64,000 nt of DNA from an uncultured Candidatus Sumerlaeota bacterium. Its GTDB lineage: Bacteria > Sumerlaeota > Sumerlaeia > MWCT01 > JAUWMI01. The stretch lies in assembly GCA_964454265.1 (NCBI GenBank), contig CAYVXD010000001.1, forward strand, positions 13,136 through 77,135, read 5' to 3'. The position numbers and the translations under genes are program-made. Each line of letters opens with the position of its first letter. Within the stretch, counting starts at the first letter, position 1. The notes under the pieces were generated by a model, which was given only the letters and a program-made list of their open reading frames with translations, did not search any database and was not told the origin of the DNA. Positions 1-9,476 of the stretch are shown here, piece by piece.

Positions 1-1
1 G

Positions 2-1333
2 CGCAACGCGGATCTCTATATTGAAGGGCCGGAAATCAAGGCCATTGGGCCGCAGCTACAGGTCAAGGCGGATGAGATTATTGATGCCAGCCATATGATT
101 GTGCTGCCCGGCCTAATCAATACGCACCATCATCTGTTTCAGACCCTCACTCGCAACATCCCACGCGTGCAGAATGTGACCCTCTTCGAGTGGCTCACCA
201 CGCTTTATCCTATCTGGCAGGAGCTCACGCCTGAGGCGGTTTACTGGAGCGCTTTGGCGGGTATGGGCGAGTTGCTGCTGACCGGGTGCACCACAACCAC
301 GGATCATCTCTACATCTTTCCGCGCGGCACGTCAGCAGAGCTGCTGGATGAAACCATTCGCGCGGCACGCGACATCGGCATGCGCTTTTACCCCACGCGG
401 GGCAGCATGTGTCGCGGCAAATCACAGGGTGGCCTGCCGCCTGATGACATTGTTCAGCAGCCCGACGAGATTCTCCGCGATAGCGAGCGCGTGATCCAGA
501 CCTATCACGACTCCCGGCGCTTCTCCATGTGTCAGATTGCTCTCTCGCCCTGTTCACCCTTTTCTGTAGATGAAGGGTTTTTGCGCGAGATCGCGCAGCT
601 CGCTCGCCAGCACGGAGTGCGTCTGCATACTCACATCGCGGAAACGCGCGATGAAGAAACCTACTGCCAGCAGGTCTACGGCAAGCGCCCACTGGCGTTT
701 TTGGAATCCGTTGGCTGGCTGGGTAGCGACGTGTGGCTTGCGCATGCGATTCATCTCGACGACGGTGAGCTTAGCCAGCTGGCTCAAACGCAGACTGGCG
801 TGGCTCATTGCCCGGTTTCCAACATGCGGCTGGCCTCAGGGGTTGCGCGTGTGCCTCGTATGCTGGAGCTCGACGTGCCAGTGGGATTGGCCAGTGATGG
901 CAGCGCGAGCAACGACAGCTCAGACATGCTCGGCGAAGTGCGTCAGTGCTTGCTTGTGCACCGCCTGAGCTCGGGTGTGGGTGCGATGTCGGCCGAGCAG
1001 GCATTGTGGCTTGCCACGCGCGGAGGGGCGCGGCTCTTCGGCCGCGACGACATTGGAAGCCTTGAGCTCGGCAAAGCGGCTGACTGCATTCTGATTGATC
1101 TGGACCAGATTGGCTTTGCAGGCGCACTTCACGATCCACTTGCCGCTGTGGTCTTTTGCGGCAGCTCCCACATTGTCCACACCGCTATTGTGAATGGCGA
1201 AATCGTGGTTCGTAAAGGCCGATTGACCCGAGTGGACGAACAAAGCATTGTGGAGAAGGTCAACAGCCTGGGCGGTGAGATGGTACGTCGCGCTACCAGG
1301 CGGACCGGCAATGATGTTTTGAAACATCGGTAG
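2..1333 (+). CDS. Amidohydrolase-family protein of the chlorohydrolase / 8-oxoguanine-deaminase / SsnA type; 5' end lies outside the window
   Basis: The reading frame is open from nt 2. The metal-binding motif PGLINTHHH sits near the N-terminus and HTHIAE and DGSASNDS motifs follow, which are typical of the TIM-barrel amidohydrolase superfamily (guanine/cytosine-deaminase-like). Confidence 0.7.
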   Translation, partial: RNADLYIEGPEIKAIGPQLQVKADEIIDASHMIVLPGLINTHHHLFQTLTRNIPRVQNVTLFEWLTTLYPIWQELTPEAVYWSALAGMGELLLTGCTTTTDHLYIFPRGTSAELLDETIRAARDIGMRFYPTRGSMCRGKSQGGLPPDDIVQQPDEILRDSERVIQTYHDSRRFSMCQIALSPCSPFSVDEGFLREIAQLARQHGVRLHTHIAETRDEETYCQQVYGKRPLAFLESVGWLGSDVWLAHAIHLDDGELSQLAQTQTGVAHCPVSNMRLASGVARVPRMLELDVPVGLASDGSASNDSSDMLGEVRQCLLVHRLSSGVGAMSAEQALWLATRGGARLFGRDDIGSLELGKAADCILIDLDQIGFAGALHDPLAAVVFCGSSHIVHTAIVNGEIVVRKGRLTRVDEQSIVEKVNSLGGEMVRRATRRTGNDVLKHR

Positions 1334-1548
1334 CCTCCATGTTGCTTTAATCTCCTTTGTTGGCTTCTCTTATGTAAATAATCCTTGCATTTGGGAGCGC
1401 CATTATTTTATAAACCCGTATAAGAGAAAATTTGAGCGGATCAAGTAGGGAATTTTAAGGAATCTGTATTAAGCCACACGTAGTTCGGATACTGCTCTGC
1501 AAATAGTAGTCAGAAGACTCTTGCACAGAGACGATACGGAATGAGACC

Positions 1549-2328
1549 ATGGCGATGTGGGCATCTGACAGGAGTAAAGGATATATGCGGTTCTGGACTC
1601 TGGGAGGAATCATGGTGCTTTCGTTTCTTCTTTCGCTATTTTCACGCTGTACCGGGCAACCACTGCCACCTAAAAAGGAAAAGCCAAGTGAGGAGTGGCT
1701 CATGACTAGTAGACAGGAGATGGTGGAGCGGCAGATTAAAGCCCGCGGCGTCTCGAACGAGGGCGTGCTCAAGGCCATGCTGAAGGTCGAGCGCCATAAA
1801 TACGTGCCGGACGAGTACCTGGCATACTCCTATTACGACGACCCGCTCCCGATTGGCGAGGGGCAGACTATTTCGCAGCCTTACATCGTTGCCCTGATGA
1901 CTGAACTTCTCGATGTCCAACCAGGGGATCGTGTGCTCGAGATCGGCACGGGATCCGGGTATCAAGCCGCTATTCTAGCAGAGCTTACTGAGCAGGTCTA
2001 TAGCATTGAGATTGTCCCGAAACTTGCCGAGACCGCAGCCGAGCGCTTGCGTAATCTGGGATACGATACCGTTGTGGTAAAATGCGGAGATGGGTATCAG
2101 GGATGGGAGGAACATGCGCCATTTGACGGCATCATTGTGACTGCCGCACCTGACCACGTGCCACAGCCCCTGATTGATCAGCTTAAGATGGGTGGCCGCC
2201 TGGTTATCCCGGTGGGCGAGCACTATCAGGAACTGGTGTTAATCATAAAAACAGACAAGGGAATCAAACGCAAGACAGTCATTCCTGTGCGCTTCGTACC
2301 AATGACCGGCGAAGCACAGGAGCGCTGA
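1549..2328 (+). CDS. pcm: Protein-L-isoaspartate O-methyltransferase; the N-terminus looks like a signal peptide (alternative start at M13, nt 1585)
   Basis: GQTISQPYIVALMTELLDVQPGDRVLEIGTGSGYQAAILAEL is the classic PCMT SAM-binding signature. The hydrophobic stretch MRFWTLGGIMVLSFLLSLF precedes the catalytic domain. Confidence 0.85.
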   Translation: MAMWASDRSKGYMRFWTLGGIMVLSFLLSLFSRCTGQPLPPKKEKPSEEWLMTSRQEMVERQIKARGVSNEGVLKAMLKVERHKYVPDEYLAYSYYDDPLPIGEGQTISQPYIVALMTELLDVQPGDRVLEIGTGSGYQAAILAELTEQVYSIEIVPKLAETAAERLRNLGYDTVVVKCGDGYQGWEEHAPFDGIIVTAAPDHVPQPLIDQLKMGGRLVIPVGEHYQELVLIIKTDKGIKRKTVIPVRFVPMTGEAQER

Positions 2329-2483
2329 GTTCCCTCAGGCTCGCAGAACCGAGGTCTCTGTTTGCCGATTTGAAAATTTGGCTTATGAGCCTCTGGCTCA
2401 CTGGCAGGAAGAAATACTGAAGCGCTTGAGCAAAACACCTCAAGCGCTTTTCTATATGACAAAGTATTGAGATCTTCTAAAAA

Positions 2484-2560
2484 TGGAGCGGGAGACGGGA
2501 TTCGAACCCGCGATCCTCAGCTTGGAAGGCTGATGTTCTAGCCAGCTGAACTACTCCCGC
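2484..2560 (-). tRNA. tRNA-Gly (anticodon UCC)
   Basis: The reverse complement folds as a cloverleaf: acceptor GCGGGAG/CTCCCGC, D arm GTTC-AGCTGGCTA-GAAC, anticodon arm TCAGC-CTTCCAA-GCTGA with TCC at positions 34-36, T arm GCGGG-TTCGAAT-CCCGT, discriminator T and an encoded CCA. Confidence 0.85.
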
Positions 2561-2944
2561 CCGAGGAAACGAAGTAGACATCTTCGCAACGAAAATTCTA
2601 TGCAAATCTGCCAGAAAAGTCTCCGGACTGTCAACGGAAAACATCTGCGTCAATACATGGCTAAAATGCTCAACACCTGAATACAGGGCAGTGCAGTTGC
2701 CCTCTAGATATGCTATTTGGATTTTACACAGCCGTAGAGCCTTGCTGGTGCGGAATCAGACGTCGGTTTGCCTGGGCGAGTGGTCGAAAAAGATATTGAA
2801 AGTCCGCCTGCAGGTTAGCATAATTCGGCTCACTTGTTGAGGAAAACGTGTGATTAGCCAAGCGTACCCGGTGGGCAGGTGGGTGTTTGAAAGATTCCAT
2901 CCGGTCTTTGCCGTCGGTATCTGTTCAAGGTCAAGGAGGTAGAG

Positions 2945-3940
2945 ATGAGATCGAGAATTTTGATAAGCGCTACATTGCTTAGTATGGTGGCACTATTTGT
3001 AGGCTGTGCGACCTACTTTCATTCGTTCGATCAGATTCCGGTTGAACAGTCTCGCTGGGCTATGCGCAGGGTGCAGCCCTCGCCTGATCTGGATGCGTTG
3101 GTCATGCGATGCGTAACCGAGAGCGTTCGTGAGATTGGCGAGGGCCACGTGACCACGGATACCGTATGGGCGACACTGATTGACCTGCGCGACCCACACT
3201 ACATGAGGCTCGGCCATTACCGCGGGGATGAACCCGTGTATCCCGCGAGTGTAATAAAAGTGGGTTATATGCTGGCGGTCTTTCATCAGGTACGCAACGG
3301 CATGCTGCCAATGTCGCGCGCCGTAAAAAAGGATCTCAAATTGATGATCAGCATCAGCGACAATGAGGCTACAAACCGCCTGCTGGATCGCCTGACCGGT
3401 ACAGAGTCAGGCCCGGAGCTCTCGCGTGAGGAATTTGCCAGCTTTCGCTACAAGCGCTACATCGTGGATCGCTACCTCAAGCACCTCGGTCTCCCCGGTA
3501 TCTTTGCGATTCAGAAAACCTGGTCAGAGGCACCGTTTGGACGTGATATCCAGCTTCTGGGGCGTTACACCGGAGATCACTACCAATATAGCAACAAGAT
3601 GACGACGAACGATACTGCAAGGTTGCTCTACCTTATTGCTGAAGAGCAGGTGGTGGATCGCCGTTCATGCCGAAAAATGCTGAACCTAATGCAGCGCAAT
3701 CCGCAGCGTGCCAAGCAGTGGCGGGTCAAACGCATTGCTGCAGGAGCGCCCAATTCTGCCAAAGTATGGAGCAAGGCGGGATGGACAGGCCTTGAGAATC
3801 ACGGTGCGGCAATTGTTGAACTGGCCGACGGAAGTCGGTTTATCCTTGTCGTCTTTACGCTTTATAAAGAGAAGGAGACCGACATTATCCAGCGAATCAC
3901 TGAAAAAGTAGTCGCGGTTCTCACAAGCTCGTCGGGATGA
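2945..3940 (+). CDS. Class A beta-lactamase-like serine hydrolase, secreted or lipoprotein
   Basis: Signal peptide with LFVGC. Class A-like motifs are present in the right order: S-V-I-K (SxxK), SISDNEATNRLL (SDN loop) and SKAGWTG (KTG-like). Confidence 0.5.
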   Translation: MRSRILISATLLSMVALFVGCATYFHSFDQIPVEQSRWAMRRVQPSPDLDALVMRCVTESVREIGEGHVTTDTVWATLIDLRDPHYMRLGHYRGDEPVYPASVIKVGYMLAVFHQVRNGMLPMSRAVKKDLKLMISISDNEATNRLLDRLTGTESGPELSREEFASFRYKRYIVDRYLKHLGLPGIFAIQKTWSEAPFGRDIQLLGRYTGDHYQYSNKMTTNDTARLLYLIAEEQVVDRRSCRKMLNLMQRNPQRAKQWRVKRIAAGAPNSAKVWSKAGWTGLENHGAAIVELADGSRFILVVFTLYKEKETDIIQRITEKVVAVLTSSSG

Positions 3941-4199
3941 TGCACGGCTCCTTTTGTACATGCACCAAAGCCAGCGCCCTCACCCACATGATGCCGCTTA
4001 CAATTTATATTTTCTTCCGTTACAAATCACTGCCTCGCGGCTGAGAAAACCTACCCTCATCACCCAAATCGCCGCATCACAGATGTCCTCTCAAATATTT
4101 GCGCAAGGAAAATGGGAAAGGTGCCGATAAGGATATTAGGTAGGGTCTTTGATTATATTTGCGAAAAGGAGCCCCTAGTCAGTTGCAGCACAGGCCCTA

Positions 4200-4245
4200 T
4201 TCCAATCTTTCTTGTTCCAATCTTTCTGGTTCAACCCTTTCTCGG
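4200..4245 (+). repeat. Three tandem imperfect 15-bp direct repeats (TTCCAATCTTTCTNG) upstream of the 4314 gene
   Basis: ttccaatctttcttg / ttccaatctttctgg / ttcaaccctttctcgg are read directly from the sequence. Confidence 0.6.
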
Positions 4246-4313
4246 TTGATTTTTCATCCACGCCCCTGTATGAAACAAAACCTTTCTCACTGAAAAAACC
4301 CAGGAGATAAAAA

Positions 4314-5612
4314 ATGAACGACTCTCTTACTGAGGAACTGCGCCAGCTGAATGCGGAACTCGACGGACTCTGGCTGCTACGGAAAATGGGTTTTACGGAC
4401 GAGGCGATGTATCAGGAGGGAAATATCATCCGCGTGTTTTGTCCGATTCACAAAGATCTGGTCCGCAAGTCGCTGATCGTTGACCTGGAGAAGAAGGAAT
4501 TCAGCTGTCAGTATGCGCAGTGCGATGCCCACGCCGGTGGGTTACTGGTGGAGTTTTACGCCCGGTTCATGGATATTGAGCTTGGCCAGGTGAGAGAGCA
4601 TCTCTTTGGAGAGGAAGCGCTGGATAAAGAGCTAATACAGAAAGCCGACACGTTGATTCAGGAAGGGAAATTGTACGAGGCGCTCCCGTTGTTGGAAAAG
4701 GCCCTGAAGATTAGTCCGCGAAACTGTATCACACGATGCAAACTGGCGGCGCTCTATCTGGAGCTCGGGAAGAGGCAACAGGGAATTCAAGAATACTTTA
4801 GAGCAGCAGAAGACTATGGTGTCCTGGGAGAACTCCAAAAGACGCTAGGCATCTATAATATTCTCATCATTCTTTCACCTGTGGATATTAAAGTGCACAA
4901 GCGTCTGGCGTATCTCTATTCACGGCTCGGTGAGTGCCATGAGGCCGTTGAACAGCTCAAGTGGGTCGTGAACAAGTTGCTCCAGGATAACCAGTTGAAA
5001 AAAGCCATGGAGGAATGCCAGGAGATGATTGCACTCGATCCCACTGAGCCTTCAAGTCATCAAATCCTGGCGCGCGTTCTTATTAAGAGCGGCCAGATGG
5101 TTGAAGGTGTAGCAGCGCTGGAGCTGTCGGGTAATTTATATTTGAAGCGCCGCGAAAAGACGGAAGCAGAAAATGTCGCACGCGAGGCGTTACGCTATGT
5201 CCCGAATAGTCCTGCTTTGCAGGATCTGCTGGCCCGGGCTCGTGCCAGCGAAGAGAGCGAGATTGCTAAGGATGTCGCTGAGATAGCCAAAGAAGCGGAG
5301 TTTGCCGAGTGGGTGAAGGGTCTGGAAGAATCTATCAGTATTGCCGCCCCAGTCCAGAAGCCCGATACTACTGAAATCTCAGCCACGGATCGTCGGGTGC
5401 AATTATGCAAGGAGAGCCTGAAGGGTCTTGATAAGCAGCATCTTGTCTCGCTCCACAAGCACCTGGTCAATATGTTTTCTGAAGTGAAACAGACATACGA
5501 GGGAGGGTTGCTAGAGAAGTGGGAACTAAAGATCGTCAAGGAGTTTTACAAAGCATTTTGTATTGCACTGGAGCAGTACAAAAAAGAACAAGGCATCACC
5601 ACGAATTTTTAA
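4314..5612 (+). CDS. Hypothetical protein with an N-terminal CHC2 (primase-type) zinc finger, central TPR repeats and an unknown C-terminal region
   Basis: FCPIHKDLVRKSLIVDLEKKEFSCQYAQCDAHAGGLLVEF resembles the DnaG CHC2 zinc-binding pattern (C-P-x-H ... C-x-x-C). TPR-like helices follow (LGKRQQGIQEYFRAAEDYG, YLYSRLGECHEAVEQ). A good RBS (aggagat) lies upstream. Confidence 0.5.
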   Translation: MNDSLTEELRQLNAELDGLWLLRKMGFTDEAMYQEGNIIRVFCPIHKDLVRKSLIVDLEKKEFSCQYAQCDAHAGGLLVEFYARFMDIELGQVREHLFGEEALDKELIQKADTLIQEGKLYEALPLLEKALKISPRNCITRCKLAALYLELGKRQQGIQEYFRAAEDYGVLGELQKTLGIYNILIILSPVDIKVHKRLAYLYSRLGECHEAVEQLKWVVNKLLQDNQLKKAMEECQEMIALDPTEPSSHQILARVLIKSGQMVEGVAALELSGNLYLKRREKTEAENVAREALRYVPNSPALQDLLARARASEESEIAKDVAEIAKEAEFAEWVKGLEESISIAAPVQKPDTTEISATDRRVQLCKESLKGLDKQHLVSLHKHLVNMFSEVKQTYEGGLLEKWELKIVKEFYKAFCIALEQYKKEQGITTNF

Positions 5613-5753
5613 TGCGCCATTTTATTACTCCCGCCCCATGTGATTCTCTCACAAGCATGCGACGTTTCAAAAGGGAAAACCCCAAGCCGGTCCCGATCCA
5701 ATTGACATTGAATGCAATGAAGCATTGTTGAACAACCTGGACCCATTGCCGAC

Positions 5754-7289
5754 TTAGCTATTCTTCAGGCTCTGGCTCAGGTCCAGCCACGTAGCTTCGC
5801 CATCTCGGGTCTTCTCGCGTAATGCTGTTCTCCAGCTCCCATTGTGACGAAGGGCAGCGAGGAGGAATTCCGATACAATGGGGCCGCCAAGCGAGAGCAG
5901 AGTTTGTGCAGCTGCCTGATGTGCACTTGGCATACTCAGCGTCACGTTGCTCAATCTACTCAGTTCGCGATGCAGCAGGCGTATGCGCTCTCGCAACGCC
6001 CGTATTCCCATCATTCCATCCTTGCTCAGTGGCGTACCAGGCTTCGGGATAAAGATACCGACGCTAATAGACATCGTGCCAATAATCATCTTTCTCTTGC
6101 TGGCGGCTGTAAAATGTTGGTGTAGCTGCTTAACCAGAGAGATAATGGAAAGGCACTGCTTGAGGCTTTCATTCGGAAGGCCAATGAGGAAGTAGAGCTT
6201 GACCGACGGGATTTCCTGCTCAATGGCTTTTCTGATGAGCTGGATAATTTGTTCGTCGGCAATGGGTTTGCCAAGCGATCGGCGTAGCGCCTCATCGCCA
6301 CTCTCCGGTGCAATGGTCAGAGTGCGCTGCTCACTCACGGCGAGAGTGCGGAGTATGGTCGGCCCGATGTCTGCTACGTGGAGTGAAGAGAACGACAGGC
6401 GCACGCCTTTGCTCAAGGCATAATCGCAGAGTGCTTCAATCTGCGGGTGTCGGCCAACCGCTGAGGATACAAGCCCAAATCGGTCTGTATATTGGCGATT
6501 CTGGTCAATGGTTGTCTGAATCTGCGCAAGCTCGTAGACGCGATAGGGGAGAGGGTAGTTTCCCGTGTAGCAGAACGTACATTTGTGCGGACAGCCGCGC
6601 GCGATTTCGATCAGGCACATGCTGGCAAATTCAGTATGCGGCGTAAAAATTACTGTCCTGCATGGTGGAGGAGTGAGGGGCGCAACGATATTGGGCTTTA
6701 GCTGATAGGCGGCGTTCGGCCCGGGCCGTTGGGTTAGCGCCTGCGCGACGAAAACGCCCGGAATCTTGACGATCTCGAGCAAAAACTTTGATTTTTCTCC
6801 CTCTGACGATTGATACGCATCAATAAGCTGATCAATAATCTCTTCGCCATCGCCCAGCACCACCGCGTCCAAAAAGGGGGCAATCGGATACGGATTCATG
6901 GTCATACTGATTCCACCCGCGATGATAATCGGATGGCGTCCGGTGCGCTCGCTTGCAAACAGGGGAATACGGGCGCGCTGGAGAACTTGCAGGAGATGCA
7001 GATAGTCAAGCTCAAAAGGAACCGAGAACGCGATAAGATTAAAGTCGGTCAGCGGTCGCTGACTTTCCACGCTGACCAGTGGATCGAAATTCCAGAACAC
7101 GCGCTCACAAACGCAATCCGATCGCCGATTCAGACGCTCGTATATGAAGTGCACGCCTAGATTAGACATGCCGACAGCGTAGGTGTGTGGATAGACAAGC
7201 GCTACTGCACATCCGATGCCGAACTGCTTGCGAATGGTGCCCAGCTCTGTTCGGAGTAAATGAGAAGGGTGTTGTGCGTTGAAAGGCAT
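5754..7289 (-). CDS. B12-binding-domain radical SAM protein
   Basis: CPHKCTFCYTG is the CxxxCxxC radical SAM cluster motif, and an N-terminal cobalamin-binding-like domain precedes it (COG1032-type architecture). Confidence 0.7.
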   Translation of the reverse strand: MPFNAQHPSHLLRTELGTIRKQFGIGCAVALVYPHTYAVGMSNLGVHFIYERLNRRSDCVCERVFWNFDPLVSVESQRPLTDFNLIAFSVPFELDYLHLLQVLQRARIPLFASERTGRHPIIIAGGISMTMNPYPIAPFLDAVVLGDGEEIIDQLIDAYQSSEGEKSKFLLEIVKIPGVFVAQALTQRPGPNAAYQLKPNIVAPLTPPPCRTVIFTPHTEFASMCLIEIARGCPHKCTFCYTGNYPLPYRVYELAQIQTTIDQNRQYTDRFGLVSSAVGRHPQIEALCDYALSKGVRLSFSSLHVADIGPTILRTLAVSEQRTLTIAPESGDEALRRSLGKPIADEQIIQLIRKAIEQEIPSVKLYFLIGLPNESLKQCLSIISLVKQLHQHFTAASKRKMIIGTMSISVGIFIPKPGTPLSKDGMMGIRALRERIRLLHRELSRLSNVTLSMPSAHQAAAQTLLSLGGPIVSEFLLAALRHNGSWRTALREKTRDGEATWLDLSQSLKNS

Positions 7290-7354
7290 AGCTCACAGGG
7301 GTCGTATAGAAAGCAGCAAACAATCGGGAGAGCCAGCGTATGGCGGAGCTTCGG

Positions 7355-8671
7355 CTAACGGCTTGAGGCAATCTGAATTGTCAGCTCGCCTGACTGTTTG
7401 GTCCGTGTATGCGAGGAATCAAGTACACTTTCGCCCATATAGGTAATATCAGTCGTTGGAAGGCGATTCCATTCGTTGCGAAAAAATGCTATGTCTGTCA
7501 GGTGAGCCGCAGCCTTCGCTCTGAATTTGATCTGTGCCAGAATTCCTGAAGGAAGCATTAGATTTTCGGAGAGCCCCATGCGGTAGTCAATAGTTCCTAG
7601 TTGATTGTCAACCGCGTTCTTTATGTGATAATCAAACGGGTAAATACGATGTGCGATGTAGTCGTTAATATTCACGCCACGGCGAATCCAGTTGCTCCGA
7701 TCCCAATCAACGACTTCCAGTTTTGTCGGGTCAAATTTGATTAAGAGGCGTACATTGTCAAACAAGATGGAGCTGGGATTGCCCAATTGTACATTAACAA
7801 TAAATTCTTCGCCTATATGCACTTGCTTTTTCTCGCTGGACAGGCGTAGATGGAGGACTCCCTCGCACTGTTCGATCTGCTCAGCCGAGACGCCATAATA
7901 GTTCTTGACACGCGGTATCTTCGCGAGCTGAGAATGTTCTTTCACAATCGTCACGCTGGCGGGAATGACTCCGTCGCTTGGATCGTAGGAAGTGCCAAGA
8001 TGGTCTTTGTCTTTGTAGGAGAGGAGGGTGCTTGGCTCATCGAACAAAAAGCTGATCGGCGAGTAGCTTACTTCATCCAAAGCGCGCCAAACAATTGTAA
8101 GCAGGGGACGAGCGCCCAGTGGCTGCGCGGTTACTAATTGACCGCCATAGATCAGCATGCCTGTGTCTTCTTCCGCAAGAAATGTCGGCGGGGATGCCAG
8201 CAGTGGCCGAAGGAAGGTGTCATACACTGTAATTGGCTCGATGTACTTGGAATCGTAGCGAATCGTCATCCGAACATAATCAATCGGCTGCTCGCCCTCG
8301 TTGATGATGCGCAAGTCTGTCGCGAACCGCTCACCGACCTTAACGAGCGTATCATACGGGTCGAAATAGAGAATAATTTCAGTGGCCTTTGTAGGCGGTG
8401 TGATCATAGGAGCCGGGGCTCTTGCCACGGGTCGAGATTCCGCAGCGGCGCGCTGTCGCGACTGTTCCGATTCACGCCGGCGTTGTTCCTCTTGCCTCTC
8501 CCGCCGTTCCTCGATTATTTTTCTCAGGCGTTCCTCTTGCCGCTTGATGCGCTCTTCCCGTGGCAGCCGTGACAGCTCTTCCGCCGTAATCGCATACCCT
8601 GGACAGACTTCAAAGTGCCAAACCAAAAGCACCATTAATCCGGTTACAATAATTGACCACACCTGTTTCAT
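7355..8671 (-). CDS. Hypothetical secreted protein with a coiled-coil Arg/Glu-rich N-terminus and two tandem beta-sandwich (cohesin-like) repeats
   Basis: Signal or TM segment, the RQEERLRKIIEERRERQEEQRRRESEQ segment, and two internally similar roughly 130-aa blocks (FATDLRIINEGEQPIDYVRMTIRYD versus FIVNVQLGNPSSILFDNVRLLIKFD). Confidence 0.4.
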   Translation of the reverse strand: MKQVWSIIVTGLMVLLVWHFEVCPGYAITAEELSRLPREERIKRQEERLRKIIEERRERQEEQRRRESEQSRQRAAAESRPVARAPAPMITPPTKATEIILYFDPYDTLVKVGERFATDLRIINEGEQPIDYVRMTIRYDSKYIEPITVYDTFLRPLLASPPTFLAEEDTGMLIYGGQLVTAQPLGARPLLTIVWRALDEVSYSPISFLFDEPSTLLSYKDKDHLGTSYDPSDGVIPASVTIVKEHSQLAKIPRVKNYYGVSAEQIEQCEGVLHLRLSSEKKQVHIGEEFIVNVQLGNPSSILFDNVRLLIKFDPTKLEVVDWDRSNWIRRGVNINDYIAHRIYPFDYHIKNAVDNQLGTIDYRMGLSENLMLPSGILAQIKFRAKAAAHLTDIAFFRNEWNRLPTTDITYMGESVLDSSHTRTKQSGELTIQIASSR

Positions 8672-8983
8672 ACTATCTCTATCTTCCTTCGCTGTCTGTA
8701 TTTTTGTTGCTTTTCTGTTTTATTTGCCTTAACTTCTATATGATACTATAAGCCGTTCGCTAGTCAAGCGAAATGCTACGTATATGAGAAGACACACTAT
8801 AGCCCATCTCAAATTTTCGCCAGAGAGCGAATGACGTCAATTATCAAAGGGGCCGCCTGCACGAATCGCAATATTATTAGAATCTCTCAATTCAGACCTC
8901 TAATGTCGGACAAAGGTAAGATTTCTCGCGCCGTGAATTGCACCGAAGGGAAGGTGCTCTTTCGGATTAGTGCCTGTGATGCG

Positions 8984-9469
8984 CTAGGGTACGGCGTTTA
9001 CCGGAATCACGGGGGTAATCTTACTTTTTTGTCCGGCATACGAAATTGATTCGATATAGTAAAAATAGGTCCTCCCCAGCTCAAGGGGCTTGTGAACATA
9101 TCGGTAATATTCTTTGTCTTTATTTGTGGCTGCAGGGATTATATCTGCGTTAACGCGTGTGAATGGCCCTTGGGCACTCTCACCACGATAAATATTAAAT
9201 CCGTAAACATCGGCACCATGCTCGGTTGGCCACTGAATGACTACCTGGCCCATTTTTGGTGAGCGAGGCAAAGTCGCTTGTTCTGTGCTGGGGGTGTGGC
9301 AAGCGCACACAATGCTCGCCAATATTCCTACGAGGTAGAGCACTCTCGCGCCGAACGTTGTCACTTTCGCCCTGGACAAAGTACATGGGCTTCGGCGCGA
9401 AATGAGCTCACGGCCACACGCGAATCGTTTGCCTCGTTTCCTGCTATATGTCTCAGCACTCATGCTCAT
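8984..9469 (-). CDS. Lipoprotein with an FN3-like beta-sandwich domain
   Basis: Hydrophobic signal ending in CAC after an internal Met start. The longer ORF would overlap the upstream TPR gene. The FN3-like stretch is QWPTEHGADVYGFNIYRGE...YFYYIESISYAGQKS. Confidence 0.4.
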   Translation of the reverse strand: MSMSAETYSRKRGKRFACGRELISRRSPCTLSRAKVTTFGARVLYLVGILASIVCACHTPSTEQATLPRSPKMGQVVIQWPTEHGADVYGFNIYRGESAQGPFTRVNADIIPAATNKDKEYYRYVHKPLELGRTYFYYIESISYAGQKSKITPVIPVNAVP

Positions 9470-9476
9470 CTTGTGG

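Noticed and set aside
113-1327. Several long minus-strand and out-of-frame ORFs (113..307, 225..692, 771..1139, 920..1327) inside the first amidohydrolase gene
   Set aside because: They sit entirely within a well-supported plus-strand CDS with clear family motifs. Arg/Ala-rich translations are typical of antisense frames in GC-rich DNA.
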